Positions 12,711-26,342 of a DNA stretch of 64,000 nt are shown here, piece after piece. Source of the DNA: the human T2T-CHM13v2.0 reference genome, Homo sapiens; the NCBI RefSeq assembly GCF_009914755.1, contig NC_060930.1; one strand, 5' to 3'. The position numbers and the translations under genes are program-made. The notes below the pieces were generated by a model that saw only the letters and a list, made by a program, of their open reading frames with translations, was not told the DNA's origin and did not search any database. Numbering within the stretch: position 1 is the first letter of the stretch; every line of letters starts with the position of its first letter.

Positions 12711-13469
12711 ATTAGGTTGCTTTTCTAATCTGATTTAGTTTAAAGGAGCATCTGAGATCTACCCCAATGAGATGCTTTCATGTTACTGCTGTTAAAACAA
12801 TTTTATCAGAATCCTCAGTTTTTATAAATTATCCTTTTAGCATATAATATAAATATTTGTGTAACCATGGACTTGGATGATGCTTGTTTTACTTGAGTGG
12901 GCTTCCACTGCAAAGTCAAAACCTTTAGCCAAAACTTCAAAACAGGAGGTGAGTCAAATTGGCCATTCTCCAATGACCTGTCAGAAGTTTAAGAAATTCT
13001 TTGAGAAGAATGCAAAGTTTTCCTACTCAATTGTTATGACATATTTTTGAGGCTTCTAATATTTCATTCATATTTAACCGACAGCAGCGAAGTACTCAGT
13101 GTATTTAAAAATAAAACCCAAACTGACCGAGGTCTCAGACTTTAAAGCAGCGTATAATTTATTTAGAAACCAGACAGTGCCATGAAACCACTAGATGCTA
13201 TAGAGTGTCTATCATAGCAAATATTATATAAGTGATATGTACATGAGATGAAAGATGTAGATAACATTATTCTGTTCAAGAAAGTTAAATTGACTTAAAA
13301 ATACTGAATCATCTGAGTTCCATCTTGGAGAGATAGTAGGATTTTCTAAGAAAGGAGAAACAGGAGTGGTAAGCTGAATAGCAGAAACAAGAGCATAAGC
13401 AAAACAAGGAAATGAAAATAAATAGATATTTGCATTACACCTAGTCATCATTTGAAAGGCACCAAGGAT

Positions 13470-14240
13470 GCATGGAGGAGAGTGACTGGAGATGAGGTTG
13501 AAACAGGAAACGTCCTAGATTGCGAAAACATGTTGGAGCATTCTACAGAGTTTACATTGAGGATAGTATAAATCATGGATGAGTATAAACAGATTATATT
13601 GGGGTTTTAGAGAGAATACTCTGTTATCTTATTTTGAATATGATGAAGTAAAGGACAAGATTTCAAGAAGTGAATGAAATGGCTCAAGACGATAACAGTG
13701 AGATTTAAAAAGACAGGAAAGAATTGTGAGAAAGATCAAAACTAGAGTTATTACAACTTCCTAAGTGAATGTTTTGAGTGAAGGAAAGTTAAGTGTCAAA
13801 GATAATTCTGAAGCTCTCAGCCTGTGTGACTGAGTGAATTGTGGTGTTCCTCAAATGAAGATGGAAATTCTATTTGATGAGGGAGTAGTGATAAGGCAAG
13901 AAAAGTTCTGTTTTGAAAATCCAGGTGGAGATGACTAGTAACTAGATAGAAATGCAATCTGTTGGGCAGGAGATCAATATTTAAGCCAGAGAATTAAGAG
14001 TCATTAGCATATTCAAGAAAGTGGTAATTGCTGGACTCCATGAAGTCCCTATGAATAGGTTAAATTGAGAAAAGATCTTTCAGCATAAAACTCTGAGGGG
14101 TGGGGGCTTTCCAAGGAGAGGCAGCAGAAGCCAGAGTAAATTAAAAGAAAGGGACTTGTCAGAGAGACAAAAGAGAAAAGAAGAGATGCTAAACTAAGAG
14201 GAAGGTGATTTTTAAAAAGAAAGCTAAGAATTGACACGAA
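13470..14240 (-). mobile_element. L2 internal fragment (highly diverged)
   Basis: Purine-rich L2-like blocks, e.g. GTGTCAAAGATAATTCTGAAGCTCTCAGCCTGTGTGACTGAGTGAAT and CCAGGTGGAGATGACTAGTA. Confidence 0.5.
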
Positions 14241-15457
14241 GTACAGTTATTGTATATAAATGTGTATATACCATGACCCATATTTCTTCATTATTGAACA
14301 CTTTTTACTTTCATTTGAGTATTGTCATCCCTCTGTTCTTTAAATTGCTCTAACATCTTTCATATTTCTCGAAATTCTAAATATTAAAAAATTGCTTAGC
14401 CACAAAATTTTCTCAAGCTTCCTGTTCATATCTGCATTTAAGAAAAAATTAAATAGTAATAAAATCAAATAAACTGAACAAATAGAAGAAAAATTAGGGA
14501 ATAGAAACAGAAGAAAAACTGTAATTCATTTTGCCTGAAAATGAGAATAAAAATGTATTCTAAAGACTGTTTTTCATGTTTTATGTAAAAATGACAGTTT
14601 TTAAAGTTTTCTAGGGGCTGTCTCTTTTAAGATATTAGAACATAGTGATACTTTATTTTGAATAGATGTATTATGGATGATACATAAAAATTAGTTATAA
14701 CTATCTATTGACGATATATTGTTTACTACAATAGAATAAGACCACACCTGAGCCTAAAGAAAGTTCTCAGTTTACTATAGGTAAAATCTTGCTATGAAAG
14801 GTGCACATAAAGATTAGAGGCTTTCTGTGGTGGAGGGGAAACACTGCTGGCTGCAGAAAAAAATATCTGACATAACATTTAAATTTAAAAGCACAAATTA
14901 TTGACTTAGTATGTTAACATAAATGAATAAATGTCTTCTAAATGCTTTGTCTTTTACTAAATTCCAGCATTTTATTACTAAAAGGACACATATACAATAA
15001 GTAGTAAATATGCCTGATATATTTTAATAATGTAACTAATTTCCTTTATAAATTAGTTATAGTTTTAATACTCTTCTTTATGTGCTCTAAGTGGCTCCAT
15101 TGGCTAGGTTAATCATTAGAGGATGACTAAATTGAAAAATCTTTCTACAAATAACGTGGTGAATAATGTCATCTTCCACCATCTTATGCTAATGTATAAC
15201 TAATTATTATCCATTGCTGCCATTTCTGAATTTTACATAATTTGTTCATTTAGTGTGAGCTATCTAAAATATATATGGATTTCAAATATGTATTTTATGC
15301 CATGGATAAAGTTTATCTCTCTTATTCTGTTTTGTCCTATAACTATTTCAAAGCAATAACACCTATATGGTCCAGAACAGATGTCATTGCTTGTGGTCTG
15401 GAGGTCATGAACATTGCTAAGCCACACAAAAAAATGATTTTGTGTGTGTGTGTGTGT

Positions 15458-15749
15458 GGTTGTGCACAGTATCTCATGCCTGTAATTCCAGCACTTTGAG
15501 AAGCCGAGGCAGGTACATCATTTGAGGCCAGGAGTTTGAGGCCAGCCTGGGCAACATGGCGAGACCCCATTTCTACATAAATACAAAAATAAGCTGGGCG
15601 TGGTGACGCACACCTGTAGTCCCAGCTACTCAGGGGGCTGAGGCATGAGAATAGCTTAAACCCAGGAGGCAGAGGTTACAGTGAACCAAGATTGCACCAG
15701 TGCACTCCAGCCTGGGTGACAGAGCGAGACTCCATCTAAAAAAAAAAAA
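15458..15749 (+). mobile_element. Alu, old (AluJb/Sz-like), full length
   Basis: Dimeric Alu with A-rich linker and poly(A); GAGGCCAGGAGTTTGAG variant; imperfect TSD AAAAAAATG(T)ATTTT at 15428-15441 and 15743-15757. Confidence 0.96.
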
Positions 15750-17253
15750 TGTATTTTACAACCATGGCTTACATGCTGAGACATATATAATCTCTGATGA
15801 ATAATGTATCATGCTAATTTTATTTAAAATATTAAAACTCATATTACACCACTATCAAAGTAATAAAAAATAAAGGAAATCGGGTATTCTGTATATTGAC
15901 ACAATATATTTTGCTATTTATTCTGATGGCTGATATTTAATAATAGAATGGGTACAAAATAACTTGGAAAATTATACATAATATTACATATATATAAATT
16001 CAGAAATGTCTTGTCTAGCTGTTTGTGAAAGCTGTGAAGCATATCTTCCATTTCCCTGAGTAGTCTGTTGGTGGCCTGGACAAGTTCACCCTCATCACAG
16101 CTTGACCCCTAGCGGCTAGAGGACAAACCCTTTGGCCTGGTTCCAGTTCCCCAGAACTCTAGCACACAGTTTGGGATGTATGAAGATGACATCTGCGGCC
16201 TGATCTCCAGCAGGGGAGGAGTCCACACTGTCAAAACATAGAGAAAGGTATGGTGATGAGGAAGCTGGGTACCCCTCCCTTCTTTAGACCTGACTGAAAA
16301 GCTTATTGCCTGACAGCTGTGGTTTCTGCTGCAGGAAATCTCACCATCGAGATGCCTAGAATAGCTTTGTGATCTGGGCACAAATGGTTTTGGGTCAGAC
16401 TAACTTGTAGGGCCAGTTGCCAGAGTGGATGCCAGAGGGAGACTCACCAATAAGAGGGTGTATGAGTTGGCTCTTCCTCTGAGCCAGCTCTGTGGTGCAG
16501 GAGAGGCACCTCCAACCCTTTCTGGAGGGTCGTCCATGAGGCCTGAGAGCTTCCACTAGACACCTGCTAAGGTTGGTACTTGCACCTGCCTCAGAGAGCC
16601 TGGCTGCCAGCTCACCAGACCCAGTGCCGCACAGCTTTGCCCTCTCAAGCCACCTTAGTGGCAGAGCACAGGATGGAAACCCTGAGAGTCCAGGCACTGC
16701 CCATCACCAGAAATATCCCAGTACTACTCCTGATCAACAAAGGCTATGTAAAAATTCCACTGCCACCACCACAATTACCTCTTGCCTGGAAGTATCATCT
16801 ACTGGCTAGGAGGTCAAACTGCATGGCCCATCACAACTGCTGAAACCAGTTTATACCATTTAACTGGCTTTTAGCCAAAATTGTCACCTACTTGCTGGTA
16901 GGGTGAGCTGCACAACCCAACATAATTCTTGCTTACAGCAGTGTGCAGTGCTAGGGAACTAGATATGCAACCCAAGCCCTGTACCTCACCATCTCTGTAG
17001 GAGACAGTGAGCCTGACCACATACACAGCATATTGCTACCACAACCCACAAAAAAACTAGCACTTAAGAAAACCTACACTACTATACTACACTCAGGCTA
17101 TCTATAACCAAGGAATTTATACAGAGCCTTGGCCCCATAAACGCAAAGCAAAGGACTCTACCTGACATGTGCAACAGTCACACTCTCAAGGAGGAAGAAA
17201 AAAGTCATGTAAATGAAAGTTAATTTAAAAATAATAAATGACAGCATCTACAT

Positions 17254-18230
17254 ATGAAAAGAAACCAGTCCAAGAACTCCAGTACAACAAAATAACGGAT
17301 ATTATGACACATGTTATGGACCATCCTGGCTTCCTAGCAATGGATCATAACCAAAATCAAAACATTGAAATGACCAAATTCAAACAAAGAATTTAAGATA
17401 TGCATTGTAAGTAATCTCAGTGAGATTCAAGAGAAGGTTAAAAACCAACTCAAAGAAAGTGGAATAACAATTCATGAGATAAAAGACAAAATAGATATAT
17501 TTTTTAAATAACTGGAAATAAAAAAAAACTGAAGAAAATTTAAAACACAGCTGAAAGCTTTAACAGTAGAGTAGAAAAAAGCAGAAGAATTTCAGAGCTT
17601 GAATACCAGTCTTTCAAATCAATATGGTCAGAAAAAAACAGTAACAAAAAGGATTTCAGAAAGCAAACAAAGGCTTTGAAAAATATGGGTTATGTAAAGC
17701 GACCAAATCTACGGCTTATAGGCATTAATGAGAGAGAACTAGTAAAACTATGAAAAACATAATTGAGAAAATAATTGAGGAAAATTTCCCCAATCTTGCT
17801 AGAGATGTAGACATTCAAATACAATAAATTTAGAGAATACCTGGAATATATTATACAGAATGTACATTACCAAGGCATACAGTCATAAGATTATACAAAG
17901 TCAACATGAAAGAACTAATCTTAAAGGAAGCTAGAGAGAAGTATCAAATCATCTGAATGAAGAAAATGCCATCAGACTACAGCAGACTTCCTAGAGGAAG
18001 CCAGAGATTGAGGCCCTATTTTTAGCCTCCTTAAAAAAAAAAAAAGCCAAGAATTTTATATCCTGCCAAATTAAGCATCATAAACGAAGAAAAAATAAAG
18101 TCTTTCCCAGTGAGGAAACACTAAGGGAATTTCTTCCAGATTGGACCTATAAGAAATGCTCAAAAGAGTTCTAAACATGGAAATAAAAGGACAATACTCT
18201 CCATCATAAAAGCATATATAAGAAAGCTCA
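17254..18230 (+). pseudogene. L1 ORF1p remnant (stops and frameshifts)
   Basis: ATGAAAAGAAACCAG start; ORF1 hallmarks TATGTAAAGCGACCAAATCTACGGCTTATAGGC, GAGGAAAATTTCCCCAATCTTGCTAGAG and CCAAGAATTTTATATCCTGCCAAATTAAGC. Confidence 0.8.
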
Positions 18231-18289
18231 CACATTACACAAAGCAATTACACAATTGAGACTCCAAGGTTACTAGCTAACAAAACTAT

Positions 18290-21200
18290 AACAGGAATAA
18301 AATGAAACCTCACATATCAATATTAACATTCCAGTTAAATACCCTTGAACTTAAATATTAATAATTCTACTTAAATATTAACCATGTACATAAATAGCCT
18401 AAACATTCTACATTCCAGAATAATATATTCTGGAAGAACATATTTATATATTCTGGAAGAACGTATTTATATATTCTGGAAGAACGTATTTATATATTCT
18501 GGAAGAACGTATTTATATATTCTGGAAGAATGTATTTATATATTCTTTATATATTCTAGAAGAATATATTTATATATTCTAGAAGAATATATTTATATAT
18601 TCTAGAAGAATATATTTATATATTCTAGAAGAATATATTTATATATTCTAGAAGAATATATTTATATATTCTAGAAGAATATATTTATATATTCTAGAAG
18701 AATATATTTATATATTCTAGAAGAATATATTTATATATTCTTTATATATTCTAGAAGAATATATATATATATCTATCTCCAACTGTCGGCTGCCTATGAG
18801 AGAACCTATAGGGGGTCTAATGGCTAGACACATATATACTCAAAGTAAAGGGGTAGTAAAAGATATAGCACACAAATGGAAAACAAAAGTCTGAATGACT
18901 AGCCATTCTTATATTAAACAGACTTCAAAGAAACAACAGTTAAAAACATTAACAAAGAATGGCATTATATAATGATAAAGGTTTCAATACAACAAGAATA
19001 TTTAACTATTCTAAATATATACATGCATCCAATACCAGAGCACCCAGGTTTATAAAACAATTTCTACTTAACCTAAGAAAAGAGATTAATAGCAATACAA
19101 TATTAATTGGGAACTTCAACACCTCACTGACAACACTAAACAGCTAATCGAAGTACAAAGTAAACAAACCCTGACTTAAACTATACTCTAAACTATGTGG
19201 TCCTAATAGACATTTACAGAACATTCCACTGAACAACCAGAGGGAATACATTTTTCTCATCTACACATGGAACATTTGACCATATGCTTGGTCATAAAGC
19301 ATCTCTATAAATTCAAAAAATCAAAATCACATGAAGTATTTTCTCAGATTAGAGCAGAATAAAAGTAAAAATCATTACCAAGAAGAACTCTCAAAACCAC
19401 ATAAGTACATATAAACAAAACAATTTGCTCCTGAATGACTTTCAGGTAAACAATAAAATTAAGGAAGAAATCCAAAAGTTTTGAAACAAAGAAAAATGGA
19501 AACACAACATACCAAAACCTCTGTGATATAGCAAAAGCTGTGATAACACTAAAGCTAATTGTGTTAAGTCCCTACATCAAAAAGAGAAGAATCTCAATTT
19601 AAAATCCTAATGTCACATCTCAAGGAACTAGAAAAGCAAGAGGAAACAAAGTCAAAGCTCGCAGAAGAAAAGAAATAACAGATATCAGAAGAGAATTAAA
19701 TGATTCTGAGACTTAAAAATGATACAAAAGATCAACAAAATGAAAAGTTGTTTATTGGAAAGGATAAACAAAATCAATAGACTGCTAGATAGTTTAACCA
19801 AAAAAAGAGAGAAGACTCAGATAAGCACAATCATAAATGATAAAGGTGACATCACATCTGATACATGCCACAGAAATAGAAAAGATCACCAAAGATTAGT
19901 GTGAACATCAGCTGTATGTGCACAAACTAGAAAACTTAAAGGATGTAAATAATTCCTGGAAACATACAACCTCCGAAAATTGAACCAAGCAGAAATGTAA
20001 ATCCTGAACAGACCAATAATGAGTAATAAAATTGAATCAATTAAAAAAAAAATTATAAAAATAAGCCCAGGACCAACAGATTCAGAGCTGATTTTTACCA
20101 GATGCACAAACAAGAGCTGCTACCAATCTTACTGCAACTATTCCAAAAATTTGGGAAGGGATTCCTCCCTAACTCATTCTCTGAAACAAGTATCACTGTA
20201 ATACTAAAATCATGCAATGACAACACCAAAAATAACTACAGACCATTATCTCTGACGAACATGGATGTAAAAATCCTCAACAAAATGCAAGTAAACTGAA
20301 TCTGACATCAAAAAGATGATTCATCATAGTCAAGTGGGTTTTATTCCAGGGATATAAGGGCAATTCAACATTTGCAAATCAATGAATGTGATCCACCACA
20401 TACACCAAATTAAAAACGAAAACCATTTGATTGTCTTAATAGATTCAGAAAAAGTATTTGATAAAATCCAACATTTCTTCAAGATGAAAACCCTCAACAA
20501 ACTAGCAATTGAAGGAAAATACATCAAAATAATAAGAGCCATATGTGACAAACCCACAGGTAACAATCTGCTCAATGGGGAAAAGTTGAAAGCATTCCCC
20601 CTAAGAACTGGACCAAGAAAAGGATGTTCCCTCTCAAAAATACTATTCAACATAGTAGTTGAATTCGTAGCTAGAGCAATCAGGCAAGGAAAATAAATAA
20701 AAGGCATCCAAATTAGAGAACAGGAAGTCAAATTATCTCTATTCACTGATGGCATGGTTTTATAACTAGAACCCCCTAATAACTCCAAAGTAGTACTAGA
20801 GTTGATACATAAAGGCAGTAAAGTTTCAAGATTCAAAATCAATGTACAAAAGTCAGTAGCATTTCCATACACTAATGACATTCGAGCTGAGAACCATATA
20901 AAAAACTCAATCCTGTTTAAAATAGCCACATGCACAAACAAAAAATACCTAGGAATACACTTAAAGAATTAAGTGGAAGATCTCTACAAGAAGAACTAAA
21001 AGACACTGATGAAAAAAAAAAATTGTAGATGACACAACAAATTAAAAGACATCTCATGTTCATGGATTGGAAGAATTGATATTGTTAAAAGTACCATAGT
21101 GCCCAAAGCAGTCTACAGATTGAATGCAATTCCTATCAAGTAGCAATGTCATTCTTCACAGGATTAGAGAAAGCAATTGTAAAATTCATATGAAACCACA

Positions 21201-22340
21201 CAAGAGCCTAAATAGCAAAAACAATCCTAAACTAAAAGAACAAAGCCGGAGACATCACATTACCTGACGATAACACATACTACAAGGGTATACGAACCAA
21301 AAGATCAAGTACTGATATAAAAATAAACACATAGATCAGTAGAAAAGTGTAGACAACCTAAAAGTAAAGCCACATACCTACAGCAAACTGATCTTTGACA
21401 AAGTCAACAAAAATAAACAATAGGGAAAGGACTCCCCATTTAAAAAATGGTGATGGAAAAATTGGCTAGTCTACGTATAACAATGAAACTGGACTATCAC
21501 TAACAGTATATACAAATTAACTCAAGATGTATTAAAGATCTGAATGTAAGGCCTGAAACTATAGAAGTCCTAGAAGAAAACCTAGGAAAACCACATTGGC
21601 CTAAGCAAAGACTTTATGACTACTACCCTAAAAGCAAATGCAACATAAACAAAAATAGATAACTGGGAATTAAACTGAAAAGCTTCTACCTAACAAAAGA
21701 AATAATTAATAAAGTATATAGACCACCTGCAGAATGGGAGAAAGTATTTGCAAATTATGTCAAACCAACAATCCCATTAAAAAGTGGACAAAGGAAATGA
21801 AAAGACATGTCTCAAAAGAAGACATACAAGTACCTATCAAACATATGAAAAATGCTCAACATCACGAATCATCAGAGAAATGCAAATTAAACCAAATTGA
21901 GAAATCTTATACCAGTCAGAATGGGTATTATTAAAATGTGCATAAACAACAGATTTTGACAAGGATGTGGAGAGAAGAAGGGAACACTTATAAACAGTTG
22001 AGGGAAAGTAAATTAATATAACTTCTATGGAAAATAGTGTGGGGATGTATCAAAGAACTAAAACTACAACTACCATTTGATCCAGCAATATTACTTCAGG
22101 TCATCTACACAAAGGAAAAGAAATCATTATCTCAAAAAGATACCTGCACTTGTCTGTTTATTGCAGAGCTGTTCACCAGAGCAAAGTCACGGAATCAAGC
22201 TATGTGTCCATCAATGGTTGATTGGATAAAGAAAATGTTATATATCTAAACCATGAATACTATTCAGCCATAAAAGGAATGAAGTCATTTCCTTTGCTGC
22301 AACATGGATAGAGCTGGAGGCCATTATCCTAAATGAATAA
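18290..22340 (+). pseudogene. L1 ORF2p remnant (endonuclease/reverse transcriptase), fragmented
   Basis: Peptides NSNTILIGNFNTSLT (EN domain), NYRPLSLTNMDVKILNK and [11 protein letters not shown]...[20 protein letters not shown] (RT domain), LPFDPAILL...CPSMVDWIKKM (C-terminus). Confidence 0.9.
18424..18770. repeat. 23-bp AT-rich minisatellite, ~14 full units plus 2 truncated (TATTCTAGAAGAATATATTTATA)
   Basis: Period of 23 read directly; 5 TTCTGGAA-type units followed by 9 TTCTAGAA-type units. Confidence 0.95.
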
Positions 22341-23189
22341 CTTACAAACAGAAAAATCAGTACCACACCTTCTCACTTATGAGTGGGAGCTAAACAATGG
22401 GAACATAAAGATGGAAATAATAGACACCAGTGATGCCCAAAGTGGATATGGTTGGAGGGGATTGATGCTTAAAAAATTACCTACTGGGTAATGTCCAATA
22501 TTGGATGATGAATATACTAAAAGCCCAAACCTCACCCTTATGCAATACATTCAAGTCACAAACCTACTCACGTGCATCCTGAATAAAATAATATTGTAAG
22601 ATATATTACTCATAATTCCTCAAAAATAGGACTTAAACATAAAACATAAGCCCAACAGGTTGAAAATACTTGCAAATACAATAATAATCTACAACTAATT
22701 TGATGTTATTCCAGTGCCTTACTGAATGGCATCAGGGCTTCTGAAAGTAAGCCCTATTTTTGTTTCCTGAAGCACTTTAAGGTAAGATTGTCTTTTAATA
22801 TGCAAAATAATAAAAATAATTTTGATAGTTTTCACAAAATGGTTGTGAGGAATAAATCAGGTAGTAAAATGTAATAGCAGCAAAGCCCAGTGTGTGGGGA
22901 AGTTTTTTTTTTTAATTTTTACTTCCTATGTATATTTATTACTGGACTCTCAGTAAACTGAACTAATCATAGTACTTGAAAAAACTCCAAGCTTTCTGCT
23001 ATATTAAAAGAAAAAATATGTGAGAATGAAACAATTATTTGCTCCACAAATCAGGATTTATTAATACCATTTTTATCCCCCACTTAATGATCCCCCACTT
23101 AATATAGAGTAATATAAACACAACAAGGAATGTTTATTTTCATATCCTTGAGCCCTCAGCTTGATTTTCTGGCCCAATTTAATGTTTTA

Positions 23190-23690
23190 TGCATTTGTTA
23201 ATCTGAAAATATTATTTAATATGTATTATGTGTCAGGCACTGTTATAGGCACTGGAAAGAGTTTCTAAGATGATGGAACATACATGTTTGTGGGGATGAC
23301 ATAGAACCCAAAACATATAACATATACTTTCAGGTGGAGGAAGTGCAATGCGTTACAAGAAAGCCTGCTAAGCTTTCTGAGGGTTACTGGAGGGAGCATT
23401 GTACATACTATGGTCAGGGATCACCAATCTAAGGAGCTAACAATTTCAGAGACCTAAGTAATGTTGAAGGAAGTAGCCATGTGGAGATATGGGAGAAGTG
23501 CATTACAGACAAAGGGAACAACACATATAAAAGCCCCAGGTGGGAAATAGGTTGACTTTAAGAGAGTAAGAAAGTCTGTATTGCATCCAGCACAATGAAC
23601 AGAGAGGAACAGTTAGGAGAAGAGAAATAAGAGCAGTGGGAAGTAATGAAAACATGTAGAGCATTTTAACTTTGTACAGAGACTGTAGTT
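23190..23690 (-). mobile_element. L2 3' region
   Basis: TATTATGTGTCAGGCACTGTTATAGGCACTGG...GTAGCCATGTGGAGATATGGGAGAAGTGCATTACAGACAAAGGGAACA. Confidence 0.7.
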
Positions 23691-24581
23691 GAGAGTTGAC
23701 AAAATATTAAATTAATAGTGAAATGGATCAAATTAATGACAGCTGAGAAGAAAAGGAAAACAGTGATATATGTTACCAAACATGAAATGTCCAAAACATG
23801 AAGACATAAACACAGGCATAGGATTGAATTCTAAAATTTTAAAGTGCTTTAGAATTGACAAATTACATGCGAATGCGTAATATGCTAAGTCTCATGAGTT
23901 TCACAGGCATAATGTTTCAGTCTTGACTCTTGTGAAACAGTGTTTGTTGGAGTTGATTACATGGGAACTTTCCCATTGGAATCCTATTTGTCTCTTTTTC
24001 CTTAGGGGGTTTAAATAATGACAGAATAGAGGAAAGTCTGAATCATGGCAGAATTATCTTCCCACTTACATATGAAGGCATAATATCTGGTAAAATTGAT
24101 TTTGGCCAATGATGACGTTTAATAATTTCATTTAAGATAAAAAGGATAATTTTCAAACAATTAAAACAAAGACTGCAGTTACTATGCTCACTGGAAAATA
24201 GCCTCATATTATTAAATCAATTGGCATGATCTCAGTTGTGGAAAGCTTGGAAGGGGACAGCAGCGTTGTAAGTACATGGCAAAGAAAATAAATAATAGTG
24301 TATTATAGAGGAAAACCACATGAAAGGAATCATGAATAAAAAGATAATGGGGGTAAATTTAAATGTAACTGACAATTGCAAAAATAGAAAATCACTTGTA
24401 GCATGAAGAACGTAGATAATTTTATAATATATTTAATGAGATTTTAAATTTCTCAGTGTTAAGTTTTAGACAAAGTTTTAAAATAAATATTTTATAATTC
24501 TTGATTATAATGGCCTCTTGACTAGCAAGTCCCTGCATGCAGCCTTTCCTGATGTTTTAATTTACCTATAAAGTCGTACAA

Positions 24582-24607
24582 ACACACACACACACACACA
24601 CACACAC
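24582..24607. repeat. (AC)13 microsatellite
   Basis: Perfect AC run. Confidence 0.96.
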
Positions 24608-24649
24608 GAAGCAAACGAACATGGTTACTGAAAAGTGAGAGATAAATAT

Positions 24650-25060
24650 ACTAGTCAGTGTCTAACTGGAAAAACACAAACTATTCCTAGGTAATTTTAA
24701 GAGGAAATGTAAAATGGGGAAGTGTTTACACGAGTATTAGCGATATTAAATCCTGAATTAACCAAATATAAAAACTTCAAGAAAACCTATTACTCTTACA
24801 GATGGGAGAATAGGAGAAGTATTGGAGTTACAGGAACCTTGAAGTTCAGAGAAGTACCACAAATTGAATATTCATATCTCCTAGGAAAGGGCTTGTGTTG
24901 GTGCTGCTGATACCTTTAAGCATCTCTATTATTTTCATATTCTAACAGGAAGTCACTTGGTAAAAGAATCTGAAAAATGTAGTTTGTAGAATCCCAACCA
25001 AAACTGCTATCACAGAGAAAAATATAGAAGACTAGCTTTCTATCTGAGACATAACATGCA
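24650..25060. mobile_element. Possible ancient LTR relic (family uncertain)
   Basis: TAGTCAGTGTCTAACTGGAAAAACACAAACTATTCCTAGGTAATTT...; GTAAAAGAATCTGAAAAATGTAGTTTGTAG resembles old ERVL/Gypsy-like LTR ends. Confidence 0.3.
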
Positions 25061-26136
25061 AACCATCTATTGGCATACTGTTAGAAAAAATTTTGATGGA
25101 ACAGGACTGTTAAGAGACTGTAGGTCTTACTTTATAAATAAAAACAAGACAAAAGCTTTATATATATATTCTCTGACTCTTCTCTAACTCTGAGGTATAA
25201 GATATAGTCATCCAAAGTACTGACTTTCTAACTCTGATTTTCAACCAAATATTCTTGCATCTATCCATACCCATTTAGAGAGAGAAATTTCCAGAAATCA
25301 GAGGAGCAGACAGGTAGAGTATGACTTGTCCTTGTGAATTGTGTTCTGGTAAACAGAGTAGAGAGAAAGGAATATCTGTAGGAGGGGCAGAAAAAAAAGC
25401 CCCTATAGCTATCCAAACTTAGGATTATTATTTTTGTGTGTGTACTCCAAGGTACACACACCAAAACTAGAATGAGAGGACTATTAATTCACTCTGTCTT
25501 CCATATGAGAATAGGCTCGAATATCACTCAGAGGAAACCCAAAGTAGGTTAAAATTTCATCCATATATGAAGTCTTTTGGGTGAGGTAAAGGCATAATAG
25601 ATCTTAGCATCTAAATTATGGACAAATAAGTACAAAATTGAACACCACTGTGATTATGGAAAACACCATTGTGTTTACTGTGAAGCAAGGAAAACAAAAC
25701 ATAGACATAGAGATTCAGAAAATTATTTATGCCAGAAAAAAAAAATTTAAAAGTCACCAAATAGTGTGAAACAAATACATAAGAAAGGCTGGAAATAAAG
25801 TTTTGTAATAATGCCATTAAAATGGATGGAGATGGGAATTTTATCAAGTATGTGGACAATTTGAGTACTATACAAGAATACAAACAAAATGATGAGAGAT
25901 AAACTGACAATTGGAAAAGAAAGAATATGGTGGTCTAACATAAGAATGAAAGGTATTTTCCAGGAAGAAATTAAGAATTGAAACAGAGGAAGTAATCAGA
26001 TAAAATTTTTTCTTTAAGAAGAAAATAGAAGATATCTGGGATCTATACAGCTGAATCTAATATTTTAATTACAGCTAAAGAAAGCTTGATACTTTTTGGC
26101 CCACTGTTTTCTTAATATATTCAATGAACTTTCTCA

Positions 26137-26342
26137 TATGTTAGCCACTAGTTATGTGTTACTATTTAAACATAAATTTTAATTGATCTAAATTAAATAC
26201 AATTTAAAAATAAATTTGTCAGTCTGAGTAGTCACATTTCAAGGGCTTAATAGCCAGAGTTGCCAGTGGCTACTGAATTATATAATACAGATATAGAACA
26301 CATTGATTACTACAGAAAGACCTACTAGACAGTGCTGTTCTA
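26137..26342. mobile_element. MER3 (hAT-Charlie MITE)
   Basis: TAGCCACTAGTTATGTGTTACTATTTAA...AGTCACATTTCAAGGGCTTAATAGCCA...GTGGCTACT...ACAGAAAG...TAGACAGTGCTG; about 200 bp. Confidence 0.8.

Larger units (their letters stand above)
16030..22592 (+). mobile_element. Near full-length old LINE-1 (L1PB/L1PA16-17-like)
   Basis: GC-richer 5' UTR (~16.0-17.2 kb), degraded ORF1, ORF2 remnants in the ORF track (18959, 19719, 20102, 20382, 21734, 22037), and 3' UTR AAAAATTACCTACTGGGTA...AAGCCCAAACCTCACC...ATGCAATAC; 5' boundary approximate. Confidence 0.92.

Noticed and set aside
13188-13201. CTCF-like CCACTAGATGCTAT
   Set aside because: Mismatches at the key GC positions of the core motif.
18424-18770. 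Palindromic repeats resembling a CRISPR array
   Set aside because: No unique spacers, units are directly tandem, eukaryotic context, no cas genes.
20330-20941. Longest ORF in the window (203 aa, minus strand)
   Set aside because: Antisense reading of the L1 ORF2 RT region; a common artefact, not a gene.
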